In this document: in pieces, positions 29,833-39,645 of the stretch | How positions within the stretch are numbered: position 1 is the stretch's first letter | Layout of the letters: each line of letters begins with the position of its first letter | DNA from: Spirochaetia bacterium | Lineage (GTDB): Bacteria; Spirochaetota; Spirochaetia; UBA9216 | Assembly (NCBI GenBank): GCA_963677925.2 | Contig: CAXXYH010000004.1 | Span: 1,856,001-1,920,000, forward strand | Reading direction: 5' to 3' | DNA: 64,000 nt | Made by a program: the position numbers and the translations under genes | The notes under the pieces: generated by a model | Told to the model about the DNA's origin: nothing | The model's database searches: none | What the model saw: the letters and a program-made list of their open reading frames with translations, nothing else

Positions 29833-29937
29833 TACTTACAGCTTGAATTAATGGTGAATTTATTATATTTTATTGTCTGTCCCGCATGAATGCGGGATGT
29901 TTTTCCAACAACACAATCCACTGAAAAGGTGTAAAAC

Positions 29938-31287
29938 ATGGCAAATAACGTAACTATGGATCAATTAGTATCCCTGTGTAAAAGAAGGGGTTTTGTATAT
30001 CAGTCAAGCGAGATCTACGGAGGACTTTCCTCTGCATGGGACTACGGTCCACTGGGTGTTGAACTCAAGAAAAACATACAGAAGGTATGGTGGAAAGAGA
30101 TGACCCAGCTGCATGACAATATCGTAGGTATTGATGCGGCTATCATGATGCACCCCCGTGTCTGGGAAGCTTCCGGACATGTTGAGAACTTCTCAGACCC
30201 AATGGTGGACTGTAAGGAATGTAAAAGCCGCTTTCGTGCTGACCATATCGACCTTGAAGCAGCCTGTCCTGTCTGCGGAAATAAGGGAACATTTACCGAG
30301 CCGCGTGAGTTCAACCTTATGTTTAAGACACATCTTGGTCCCGTTGCAGAAGCCGGTTCAGTAGTTTACCTGAGACCGGAAACAGCTCAGGGTATCTTTG
30401 TCAACTTTAAGAATGTTGTTCAGTCAAGCCGTGTAAAGATTCCATTCGGTATAGCCCAGGTAGGAAAGGCTTTCAGAAATGAAATTACCACCAAGAACTT
30501 CATCTTCAGAACCTGCGAGTTTGAACAGATGGAGATGCAGTTTTTTGTTAAGCCGGGTGAGGATGAGAAGTGGTTTGAGTACTGGAAGGAACAGCGCTGG
30601 AACTACTACGTCAACAAGCTCGGCATCAATCCTTCAAAGATTCAGTGGCACCAGCACGGACCCGATGAACTTGCTCACTACGCTAAAGATGCATATGATA
30701 TTGAGTTTGATTTCCCCTTCGGTTTTTCCGAACTTGAGGGTGTTCATAACAGAACTGACTTTGACCTTTCAAGGCACAGCGAATACTGCGGAAAGGAAAT
30801 TAACTATTTAGAAGAAGAAACCAAGGAAAGATATATTCCATACGTAATTGAGACCTCTGCGGGACTTACCCGAAGTGTTCTGATGGTTCTGTCAGACGCA
30901 TACGAAGAAGAGGATCTCGGTGAAGACTCCAAGGGTAATCCGGACAGCAGGGTAGTGATGAGATTTCATCCGAATATTGCTCCTGTTACAGTCGGTGTAT
31001 TCCCTCTTGTTAAAAAGGACGGGCTTGCGGAATTGGCTCGCAGTATCGAAGAAGAACTGCGTGACGATTTCACCACGTTTTATGACCAGTCCGGCGCCAT
31101 CGGCCGAAGGTACAGGCGTCAGGACGAAATCGGAACACCATTCTGTATAACTGTTGACTATGATACAAAGGAAGATAAGACAGTTACCCTCAGATACCGT
31201 GATTCGATGGAGCAGGTCCGTGTCGGAATCGATCAGCTCGTACCGACTATCAAAGCCGCGATTAAAAATTACAAACGCGTAGTATAA
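29938..31287 (+). CDS. glyQS: Glycine--tRNA ligase (alpha2 type)
   Basis: [53 protein letters not shown]. Confidence 0.98.
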   Translation: MANNVTMDQLVSLCKRRGFVYQSSEIYGGLSSAWDYGPLGVELKKNIQKVWWKEMTQLHDNIVGIDAAIMMHPRVWEASGHVENFSDPMVDCKECKSRFRADHIDLEAACPVCGNKGTFTEPREFNLMFKTHLGPVAEAGSVVYLRPETAQGIFVNFKNVVQSSRVKIPFGIAQVGKAFRNEITTKNFIFRTCEFEQMEMQFFVKPGEDEKWFEYWKEQRWNYYVNKLGINPSKIQWHQHGPDELAHYAKDAYDIEFDFPFGFSELEGVHNRTDFDLSRHSEYCGKEINYLEEETKERYIPYVIETSAGLTRSVLMVLSDAYEEEDLGEDSKGNPDSRVVMRFHPNIAPVTVGVFPLVKKDGLAELARSIEEELRDDFTTFYDQSGAIGRRYRRQDEIGTPFCITVDYDTKEDKTVTLRYRDSMEQVRVGIDQLVPTIKAAIKNYKRVV

Positions 31288-31299
31288 GGATAAAAAAAT

Positions 31300-32544
31300 A
31301 TGGCTAAATCAGGCCTTGAAGTACTTAGAGAACGGGGTTTTATACAGCAGTGTACTGATATTGATGCCCTTGAAAAATTGATGTCTGAAGAGAGTATTTC
31401 TCTTTATGTCGGTGTTGACCCCACCGGCCCGAGCCTTCATATAGGACACATGGTGCCCTTTTTTGCAATGCACCACCTTCAGGCTGCCGGACACATGCCC
31501 ATCGCTGTTGTAGGCGGCGGAACTTCCATGATTGGAGATCCATCAGGCAAGTCTGATATGAGAAAGATGCTGACAATCGAGCAGATTCAGCAGAACTCAT
31601 CATCAATCAAGGATCAGCTTGGTAAAATCATAGATTTTTCAGAAGGCAAGGCTATCATGGTAAACAACTATGACTGGCTTGGACCTCTTAACTACCTTGA
31701 GTTTCTCAGGGATATTGGAATTCATTTCTCGGTTAACCGTATGCTCAGTTTTGAATCATACAAGCAGCGGATGGAGAAGGGGCTCAACTTTATTGAGTTT
31801 AACTACCAGCTTCTTCAGTCATACGACTTTCTGAAGCTTCACCAGGATTACGGCTGCGCTCTTCAGATGGGTGGAGACGACCAGTGGGGCAATATAGTTT
31901 CAGGTATGGAGCTTATAAGGCGTGTTGAAGGAGCTGAGGCAAAGGCTTTCGGTCTTACTTTCCCGCTTGTTACCCGCTCTGACGGTAAGAAGATGGGCAA
32001 GACAGAGAAGGGAGCGGTTTTCCTCGATCCGAAAATGTTCAGCCCATATGAGTTTTTCCAGTACTGGAGAAATGTAGCTGATGCCGATGTTGGAAAGTTT
32101 CTGAAGTTCTTTACATTCCTGCCTATCGAAGAGATTAACGAGCTTGAAAAGCTTGAAGGTTCCGATATCAACAGGGCAAAGGAAAGACTTGCCTATGAGC
32201 AGACAAAGCTGATACATGGTGAAGAAGAGGCTGACAAGGCACTGGAGGCAGCAAAGGCCGCATTTACAAGCGGAGGCGGGGCTGCTGACAAGGATGCCAT
32301 TCCTTCTGTTTCGATTCCGATGTCAGAGCTTGAAGCCGGAATCGGTATTATGGATCTCTTTGCAAAAACCGACCTTTGTTCATCAAAGGGGGAGGCCAGA
32401 AGACTTGTTCAGCAGGGCGGCGCCAGAGTCAACGAGGTTCAGATTACCGATATCGATGCTGTAATCAATGCTGATTCAGTTGAGGATGGTGAGATACTGC
32501 TGAAAGCCGGAAAAAAAAGATACTACAGGGTAATTGCCGGTTAG
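31300..32544 (+). CDS. tyrS: Tyrosine--tRNA ligase
   Basis: GVDPTGPSLHIGH, QMGGDDQWGNI, KMGKT, C-terminal S4 domain. Confidence 0.98.
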   Translation: MAKSGLEVLRERGFIQQCTDIDALEKLMSEESISLYVGVDPTGPSLHIGHMVPFFAMHHLQAAGHMPIAVVGGGTSMIGDPSGKSDMRKMLTIEQIQQNSSSIKDQLGKIIDFSEGKAIMVNNYDWLGPLNYLEFLRDIGIHFSVNRMLSFESYKQRMEKGLNFIEFNYQLLQSYDFLKLHQDYGCALQMGGDDQWGNIVSGMELIRRVEGAEAKAFGLTFPLVTRSDGKKMGKTEKGAVFLDPKMFSPYEFFQYWRNVADADVGKFLKFFTFLPIEEINELEKLEGSDINRAKERLAYEQTKLIHGEEEADKALEAAKAAFTSGGGAADKDAIPSVSIPMSELEAGIGIMDLFAKTDLCSSKGEARRLVQQGGARVNEVQITDIDAVINADSVEDGEILLKAGKKRYYRVIAG

Positions 32545-32570
32545 TAAATTAGATAGAATGTTAATATAGG

Positions 32571-32609
32571 AGAAAGAGCAGCCTTATGACGGGGCTGCTC
32601 TTTCTATTT
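32571..32609. terminator. Terminator after tyrS
   Basis: AGAAAGAGCAGCC..GGCTGCTCTTTCT. Confidence 0.85.
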
Positions 32610-32669
32610 GGATATGTTCTCAGAGGTGCGAGGGTCTGAAAACGGATGGCCATGTAATTAGGGCTGGTT

Positions 32670-33071
32670 TCAGCTTCGGGTCTGCTCAAGCAGTTCCACA
32701 AAATCAGACTGAGGTTTCGGTCCAACAATAAAATCACGGATTATTCCATCCTCAACTACCGCGGTTGAGGGGGTCGCCATTATTCCGAAGGCTGAAGCCG
32801 TTTTTGAATCTTTGGTTATGTCGATTTTGAAGCAGCGCGGGTTGTTTTTCGTATACTGCTCAACAAGCGGAGTCATGGTCCGGCAGGCTCCGCACTGGGG
32901 ACTGTAAAAGTAAAACAGCGATGTCTTTTTATTCTTTACAGCCTTTCCGTATATTCCACTCAGTTCCGGTGCGGATTTGCCCTTTTTAAGTTTCATCTTT
33001 AAAACGATAAGATATTGTGAGCCGAAAAAAAGTATCGCAATTCCGGCTATTACAGCAAGTATGGCAGTCAT
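32670..33071 (-). CDS. Membrane-anchored thioredoxin family protein
   Basis: N-terminal TM, FYSPQCGACRTM, ATP cis-Pro motif. Confidence 0.9.
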   Translation of the reverse strand: MTAILAVIAGIAILFFGSQYLIVLKMKLKKGKSAPELSGIYGKAVKNKKTSLFYFYSPQCGACRTMTPLVEQYTKNNPRCFKIDITKDSKTASAFGIMATPSTAVVEDGIIRDFIVGPKPQSDFVELLEQTRS

Positions 33072-33156
33072 ATTTAAATACTCCTATATATAACAATAAT
33101 AATATATAGGAGAGTGGAGAGCTTGTCAAACAATATTTATCTGATTATTCAATACA

Positions 33157-33795
33157 CTAAATTATTCCGGCCGGGATAAGTACTGCAAGAAGCAGAGCAT
33201 CTATTACAGCTGCAGAAATAATAAATTTTCTCTGTTTATTTCCGGGAAGATCAAAAACAAGGAATGAAGCCAGGAAAAAAGGTATGTAGGTAGTTATAAA
33301 TACCGGAACAGCTCCCCACCAGGGATAAACCCATATGAATGCCGGAGTAGATGCAAGGAAGACTTCAAATATCGAGAAAAATGCGGCATTTCCGACGGCA
33401 AAGGCTATTCGGTTGTTTATGCCGAGTATTTTCATATTCCTGTCTTCAGGAAGCAGTTTTGACAGTGCTATGCCTGCTACACTGAACATCATTGAAAGTT
33501 CCCAGCTTACACCTATTAAAAGAATGAAACTTGTGCTTTCCGGAGATACTGTCCACAACGCATAGCCGGAGAAGTGTGCAATTACAGCATTAAGGATTTC
33601 ATAGAACCAGTGTACAGTGTACAGGGCCAGTCCCGCAGCAACTGAGCGGTAATTTTTATTTTTGATCTCTGTCGCATAGATATATACAACCACGGCGAAT
33701 ATTGCGATAAATGTCCAGTTGAAATTTGAAGTGTCGCGTACTGCCTGATTTGCAATATCAGCAGCAGCAGTATTGGCGGAAGTTCCGAACCACAT
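33157..33795 (-). CDS. Hypothetical integral membrane protein (~6 TM)
   Basis: Hydrophobic pattern; GGAGG SD within the end of the upstream gene. Confidence 0.85.
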   Translation of the reverse strand: MWFGTSANTAAADIANQAVRDTSNFNWTFIAIFAVVVYIYATEIKNKNYRSVAAGLALYTVHWFYEILNAVIAHFSGYALWTVSPESTSFILLIGVSWELSMMFSVAGIALSKLLPEDRNMKILGINNRIAFAVGNAAFFSIFEVFLASTPAFIWVYPWWGAVPVFITTYIPFFLASFLVFDLPGNKQRKFIISAAVIDALLLAVLIPAGII

Positions 33796-33796
33796 T

Positions 33797-34732
33797 TTAT
33801 CCTCCCAGCAGAGTTCCCATCTTGTTGATGAAGGTCTGCTGGATAGAGCTGGCCATTAACAATGCATGAGTTTTTCTCTGATTATACTTTTTATTCCAGA
33901 ATCGGCTTTTTTTAAGTTTTCGTCTTTCATCGGGCGACAGGACAATCCCGAAATTATCATACAAAAGGGTTATATAATGGTGAAAGTTATCAATTTTACG
34001 CTGGGATCGCTGTGAGCCGTTTGTAATCATTAATTTTGACTGTTTTAATGAAACCCGGCCGTCCCGCTTTTCTATGGAGCATATAAGATTTTTATGAAAA
34101 GGTGAGGAAGGATCAGTAGTGTAGAAGATTCTCCGCTCGGTAAAGTCTGAGGGCTTACGGATGTTTAGTGTGAAGGTATAGCCTTTGACCGGTTTTCCCG
34201 GGGCCATCTTCCACAGCGCATAATAACCGCCGCCCTCATAGTCTATAATGAAATCGCCTTTGGGATCTTTATGAAGCAAATCAGCTTCAAATTTCATCGG
34301 ATACATGAAATTATCACCAAAACCAACGTCAGTAATGTATTTGATTCCGTCAATTTTAGCAATTATAAAAGTGTGATCAAAGAAGGTCCCTTCGTCTGTA
34401 ACCCGGCCGCCGTGATATGTTACATCGTAACCGATTTTCTGCAGCAGAAGCATATACATCAGGTTAAGTTCATAACATATACCGCCCCGCCTCTGCAGTA
34501 CTATTTTCTCAAACAGTTCCCGGGGATCCTGTGATAATCGGTTATAAATATGTATATTCAGATTTTCAAAGGGGACGTTAAGCAGGTGACTGCTTTGAAG
34601 CAGCCTCAGATTCTCAAGAGAAGGATCTGGAATTTCACTGATGCCTATTCTTGCAAGGTAGGCTTTTACATCCAGGTAAGTCTTATCCTGCCTCTCAATG
34701 TTAAAACGAATAATTTCCTGCTTCACATTCAT
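33797..34732 (-). CDS. Arylamine N-acetyltransferase family protein
   Basis: VPFENL, RRGGICYELN (Cys), DHTF (His), TDVGFG (Asp) triad. Confidence 0.93.
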   Translation of the reverse strand: MNVKQEIIRFNIERQDKTYLDVKAYLARIGISEIPDPSLENLRLLQSSHLLNVPFENLNIHIYNRLSQDPRELFEKIVLQRRGGICYELNLMYMLLLQKIGYDVTYHGGRVTDEGTFFDHTFIIAKIDGIKYITDVGFGDNFMYPMKFEADLLHKDPKGDFIIDYEGGGYYALWKMAPGKPVKGYTFTLNIRKPSDFTERRIFYTTDPSSPFHKNLICSIEKRDGRVSLKQSKLMITNGSQRSQRKIDNFHHYITLLYDNFGIVLSPDERRKLKKSRFWNKKYNQRKTHALLMASSIQQTFINKMGTLLGG

Positions 34733-34948
34733 TATTATAAAAAAAATATAGCATTTGTCTACTGTTTTCGTCTATTTTGATGTCCTGAGTTGCTCCTGCT
34801 AACGTTAAATGCCGAGCCTTTTTTAACCTGCCGCATGGATATAAATTATGATTGGGCTGAGTTAAAGAGCTTCAGAAACATGACCAGTCTGTGCTAAATT
34901 GTTAACAGTTGATTATTGACATGTTATTTTAAAAAATTAGGAGTTGAA

Positions 34949-35668
34949 ATGAATAAAAATCTTTTATTCTTAGTTTTTCTATTTTTCACAATTGATGTGA
35001 ATGCAGAACAGGCAAGGGTATCGCCTGGCGGATATAATATCCCTGAGGGGCGTTTAGATGTAAATGATTTTTATTATTTTTCTGAGATTGTGAATTCAGA
35101 TGATTATGGAGGGAGTCTAATCAGAATTAATATTATAGTAAATTTAGATATGGACGATTATGATTCTTATCGGGATATTACTGATCTGCTTTATGATTTT
35201 GAATCATGGCCTGATTATGTGAATTTTTATGATGGCGGAGATACCGTTTATTTTGAAGGTGATGATTCACTCTGTCCAACAGGCTCCTGTTTGAGCTCTG
35301 AAGTAATTCAGGGTAAAAATGTGTATGTGCATCATGCATTATATAATATTCCTGCGCCGTGGCCTCTTAAAAGGCAAAGAGTTAAAGAAAAAACGGTTTA
35401 TGAAGAGACTGAAACTGCTGTCAGCGGTATGGCTGTGAGTATAATATTTTATCCTCATCCTGATTTTACTGAAACAGAGGGATTTGTTTATAAAAAGGGA
35501 TGGATTAGTATTAAGCAAAATAATGAGGATAATTTATATACAATTTTTCTGACAGTTGATGTCAAAACCGAATTCGGACTGTATGGTTTAGAACTATCCA
35601 AAATGCAAAAACCATTAACTGAAACATTTCTCGCTATTTTTAAAGGGATGTACGGGATTGAAGATTAA
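34949..35668 (+). CDS. Secreted hypothetical protein, possibly SRPBCC/START-like
   Basis: AGGAG SD, signal peptide ending VNA, DLLYDFESWPDYV. Confidence 0.7.
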   Translation: MNKNLLFLVFLFFTIDVNAEQARVSPGGYNIPEGRLDVNDFYYFSEIVNSDDYGGSLIRINIIVNLDMDDYDSYRDITDLLYDFESWPDYVNFYDGGDTVYFEGDDSLCPTGSCLSSEVIQGKNVYVHHALYNIPAPWPLKRQRVKEKTVYEETETAVSGMAVSIIFYPHPDFTETEGFVYKKGWISIKQNNEDNLYTIFLTVDVKTEFGLYGLELSKMQKPLTETFLAIFKGMYGIED

Positions 35669-35716
35669 AGTGTAAGTATGTTCCTGCTGTAATTATTTAC
35701 TGATATAATACCGACC

Positions 35717-37249
35717 ATGAATTTTCAGAACTACCTGAATGAGCTTGTATTAAAGACAGAAAATAATAAACGCGACAATCTCAACATTGAAAGGGATATA
35801 TCGATTGTAGCCATGTTTTTTGGATTCTCCGATAACCGTTACCCAAACGGACAGACTGTGGGAGATGAATTCGGCGTCTCCAGAGAATATATACGGCAGA
35901 GAATACAGAGCAAAGTTTCAAATGCCGTTTCAGAAGCAGCCCGGGGCAGGTTTGAAAAGTTTTTTACGGCTGTCAAAGAACGCGATATTTATACTTTTAA
36001 AGATATCAAGGATATTTTGCTAAATGAAGGTTTTGATGTCAGCGAAATGAATGCCTATGGGTTTAATAATTTCTTAACATATTTTGATATTAACTACCCA
36101 TATGAAATCTTTAATTTTGAAATGAAGAAGGCTGATAGAAAAGATTTTTACAGTCTTGATGATTTTCTACTGATTAAAAGAGATAAAGTTAACCATTTTA
36201 AAAAAATCCTGAAGCAGGTTTTCACCCTTCCAGGACATTCAGGCTTGATAAATCTTTCAGAAATATTTGATCCGAAAAACGGAATGCCCTATGAAATGAT
36301 TAAATATATAATAATGCAGTACAGAGGTTCGTATACATATTCTGACGGACTGAGTTTGTGGTACACCTTTGAGAACAGGGACAATGTTTTAATTAATAGC
36401 ATAGGAAAAATCAAATCACAGATTTCCAACTGCAATATTGATAAGCTTGCTGACATCCTGCATGAGATTGTCACTGCCAGAACTTCAAAATACGAATATC
36501 CGTCAGTTCGAGTAATAAGGAAGTATCTGGAAAGCTCGGTTTATACTGATGTCAGGGAGGATACTCTTTATTTTAAAGAGAATCTTGAAATACCGGCTTT
36601 ATCTGAATCCGATAATATAATAATAAGCTACTTTAAAGACGAAAATATTTCTGAAGCAGTCTATAATGATTTGAAGCAAATGTTTTTACTCAATAATTAT
36701 TCGGATGCAAATGCGGTTAAAAACTGCTATCACTCCCCGTTTATTTTTGTTGATAAATCAGGCGGACGGAAAAATTACAGACTTATATTTGTTTCAGAAT
36801 TTGAGATAGAAGATAAGCTGGTTGAAGATAAGTATATACTTTATCGCAATAGATTGATTAAACACTTCAATAACACCGACAAAGAAATTAATTCTTTCAG
36901 GCGTGCTGAACAGAGAATACTGCAGGATTATCTTTTTAAGGATGCTGATGAAGTGGAATGTGCAATCTGCGGGAAAAAATTTAAAACAAAATCTCTTGTA
37001 ACCGCACACAAGAAAAAAAGATCCATGTGCAATGAGAATGAAAGAATCGACCCGAGAATAGTATGGCCATTATGCAAATTCGGATGTGATTACCTGTATG
37101 AGGAAAGGTATATCAAGGTAAATAATGGAAAGATCTGCAGTGATAGGCTGAATGAATTAACTGACTCAGAAAGGAAGTATATTCTTGCCCTTGAAGGTGA
37201 TAATATTTCTGAGGAGTGGCTGTACAAATCTGAACAGTATTTTGAATAA
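35717..37249 (+). CDS. Putative HNH endonuclease with N-terminal sigma70-region-4-like HTH
   Basis: QTVGDEFGVSREYIRQ at the N-terminus; RRAEQRILQ..CAICG..TAHKKKRS.C..PLCKFGCDYLYE at the C-terminus. Confidence 0.75.
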   Translation: MNFQNYLNELVLKTENNKRDNLNIERDISIVAMFFGFSDNRYPNGQTVGDEFGVSREYIRQRIQSKVSNAVSEAARGRFEKFFTAVKERDIYTFKDIKDILLNEGFDVSEMNAYGFNNFLTYFDINYPYEIFNFEMKKADRKDFYSLDDFLLIKRDKVNHFKKILKQVFTLPGHSGLINLSEIFDPKNGMPYEMIKYIIMQYRGSYTYSDGLSLWYTFENRDNVLINSIGKIKSQISNCNIDKLADILHEIVTARTSKYEYPSVRVIRKYLESSVYTDVREDTLYFKENLEIPALSESDNIIISYFKDENISEAVYNDLKQMFLLNNYSDANAVKNCYHSPFIFVDKSGGRKNYRLIFVSEFEIEDKLVEDKYILYRNRLIKHFNNTDKEINSFRRAEQRILQDYLFKDADEVECAICGKKFKTKSLVTAHKKKRSMCNENERIDPRIVWPLCKFGCDYLYEERYIKVNNGKICSDRLNELTDSERKYILALEGDNISEEWLYKSEQYFE

Positions 37250-37250
37250 A

Positions 37251-37805
37251 TTATCGATCCAGAATTTTCCCTAAAACTATCTCCGGCTGAAGTTCCGGGA
37301 ACATATCGGCAGATTCTGAAATATCCATATAATCAAGTTTTACGCCTGCCTCATCTGCCATCTTCATCAGCTCCTGCATGAAAACTGCCGGACCGGGAAC
37401 TATCTCAAGCGGCGGAGCTTTTTTTTCAAGTACTGGACCGCCCCAGTCGGGATTTGAGGGATTGAACTGGGTTCCGCAGCATGGACTGAAAGGTACACCG
37501 ATAACCGCGTATATCTTATCACCGGCTTTCTGGTGCTCAAGCAGCTGGTCAATGTATGGCTGCAGGATAGATCTGCAGTGACGCCTGAAGCCCGGGTTAT
37601 CATACTGCTCTGTGACAGCTTCCCAGCGGTTTAAGCCGCATCCTGTTGTTTCGGGGCAGGGAAGCTGGATGATACCAAAATCGTTGCTTATTAATGGTTC
37701 CAGCAGAGCTTTAAAAGCACCCTTATGAGCAGCATACGGTCTGACTCTGGCATTCTGATTTAAGTAGCAATGTGCGATAACAACTATTTTTTTCCCTCTA
37801 TTCAT
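37251..37805 (-). CDS. DUF523/TudS-related (CD3072-like) putative desulfidase
   Basis: AHCYLNQN, IIQLPCPE, SPCCG, AVFMQEL. Confidence 0.8.
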   Translation of the reverse strand: MNRGKKIVVIAHCYLNQNARVRPYAAHKGAFKALLEPLISNDFGIIQLPCPETTGCGLNRWEAVTEQYDNPGFRRHCRSILQPYIDQLLEHQKAGDKIYAVIGVPFSPCCGTQFNPSNPDWGGPVLEKKAPPLEIVPGPAVFMQELMKMADEAGVKLDYMDISESADMFPELQPEIVLGKILDR

Positions 37806-37935
37806 CTTTTACTCCAAAAAATGGTGCGGTAAATTACGTAAAACATATTTTAAATACTTTCAATAATAATTACAATAAACTGAGGGCATATAGAATTAAA
37901 AAAGTGTATTATACTCTTATACAGAGGATATTATT

Positions 37936-38439
37936 ATGGATGTAGATGAGATTGCTTGTAGAATCGGCATATCCGGATCATATCGAATTCTGGGAATGGA
38001 TACTCATGAAACTATATTTTATTTCGGAGGAAGGAATAAGCTTAATAGTAAAATTGAACTTGGTTTCGGATATCAGGATATAACAGATAAATTCTTTCAT
38101 AAGCATGTACCAGGAGAATCAGAGATCGAATATGCAATAAATTATATTGAAGATGAACTGATGAGTAATGATGAGCTGGTTAATGTTGAAGATGCCTTAT
38201 ATATGGATGAAAAACAAATTGCAGATCTGCTGAATCCTTTTCAGTTGCAGAATAATAAAGTTTCCAGAGAAGAAATTGAGGAAATATTTACAAAATATGC
38301 TTTTATATCCATGAGCCGGCTCCCGGTTTACGGGGATGAGCAGATGAGTAATGAAAAATATGCCAAAGTCCTGTTGTTACGTGAAATAATGCATCATCTT
38401 AACTTTTTAAGTATTAATATTATACCTGAACAGCTATGA
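37936..38439 (+). CDS. Hypothetical protein resembling a stand-alone Ppx/GppA C-terminal subdomain
   Basis: GAGG SD; LGFG..IT..FF....P...EIEYAINYIEDEL, LLLREIMHHL. Confidence 0.55.
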   Translation: MDVDEIACRIGISGSYRILGMDTHETIFYFGGRNKLNSKIELGFGYQDITDKFFHKHVPGESEIEYAINYIEDELMSNDELVNVEDALYMDEKQIADLLNPFQLQNNKVSREEIEEIFTKYAFISMSRLPVYGDEQMSNEKYAKVLLLREIMHHLNFLSINIIPEQL

Positions 38440-38451
38440 AGCCGCAGCTGA

Positions 38452-39564
38452 TTAAGCTTCAATCAGCTCAATCTGTCCATATTCTCCGCTGAACATCCAG
38501 TCAGTTCTGACTCTTGAAGGGATTATTTCTGCTGTCAATCCCGCAATTATTTCAGATTTTAGTATACGGCTTATTAAAACATCTGTTGAAAAGTATTTAA
38601 GAAGTGAGGATGTTTCAGTTTCGTAGGGACGATAGTAGTCATCAATAAGTCTTCTGTAGTTTAAATCGCCCTTAAAAATAAGAAGATCTGATGAGGCTAG
38701 TTTATCCTTCAGATCTTCCGGCATTTGGGAAAAAAGTTTTCCGCTTGAGAAAAATGGTTCTGCACAGAGTTCCAGCCTTCCCTCAAATTCAAAATTATTC
38801 ATATCATCAGTGAACCATTGTAATTCTCTGTTTTGGGACAGACTGCCGAGTAAAAAACGATAATCCATGATTAATGCGTCAGAGACGAAGTAGGGCATTT
38901 GTTTGAAATGCAGCTTGATTTTCTGAACGCCGGTATTTTTTAGCAGCCAGTGAGCCATCATCAAGTCAAAGAACAGCTCTTCACCTGAGTTATCCAGTAT
39001 AAAATCTATTCTGCTGCAATTGCGGACTTTTACATCTGCTTTCTCACGGTGATCTATGAGAAGTTCGAAGGCGGATCCGGATGAGTAATAGGATGAGCTT
39101 TGACTCAGATCTGATTTGTTTCCCATCAGATTGAGCAGGCATATTTCAGAAAAGGAAGTTATAGAGTTCAGCTTTTTGAGGCTTTCAGAGAACTTTTTCA
39201 TGCCTTTTATAATCTCCGCCTCTTTTTTATAACTGAAAAAATCAAAACCGTTTGAATAGTAGCCGCAGACATCACAAATTCTATGATACAGATAGTTTTC
39301 AATGAACAGGAAAGGAGCATTAAGCCAGGTGTAATGGGGATTATTCTCGATAACCCGGTTTATATCAGAAGCAAAGGGATATTCATTACTTAGCGGGGTT
39401 AAATTATTTTCAGGTATTGAGCTTAACAGCCCCATGAGTCCTTTTTCTATTCCGGAATGAAACTTGTTTCCTGCTATCAGATCTTTAAGAATATAGGGGA
39501 ATCTGTTGAGAACTGTAAACCTTGCAAAGGAGCCTTCTTTTGATGTCATTATTTCCTGCTGCAT
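38452..39564 (-). CDS. ARMT1-like (DUF89) damage-control phosphatase
   Basis: LMGNKSDLS, ILDNSGEEL, PYFVSD, IFKGDLNYRRL, RILKSE. Confidence 0.9.
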   Translation of the reverse strand: MQQEIMTSKEGSFARFTVLNRFPYILKDLIAGNKFHSGIEKGLMGLLSSIPENNLTPLSNEYPFASDINRVIENNPHYTWLNAPFLFIENYLYHRICDVCGYYSNGFDFFSYKKEAEIIKGMKKFSESLKKLNSITSFSEICLLNLMGNKSDLSQSSSYYSSGSAFELLIDHREKADVKVRNCSRIDFILDNSGEELFFDLMMAHWLLKNTGVQKIKLHFKQMPYFVSDALIMDYRFLLGSLSQNRELQWFTDDMNNFEFEGRLELCAEPFFSSGKLFSQMPEDLKDKLASSDLLIFKGDLNYRRLIDDYYRPYETETSSLLKYFSTDVLISRILKSEIIAGLTAEIIPSRVRTDWMFSGEYGQIELIEA

Positions 39565-39645
39565 AAGTTTCTCCTGAAAATGAATTGTACAGTATTATAT
39601 AAAGAATTATAAATATATTCAGCATAAAAGGTTGTATAATATTGG

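Noticed and set aside
29833-29937. T-box upstream of glyQS (hairpin TCCCGCA-tgaa-TGCGGGA at 29880-97)
   Set aside because: The gap is too short and has no GGTGGNACC T-box motif; probably a plain terminator or stabilising hairpin.
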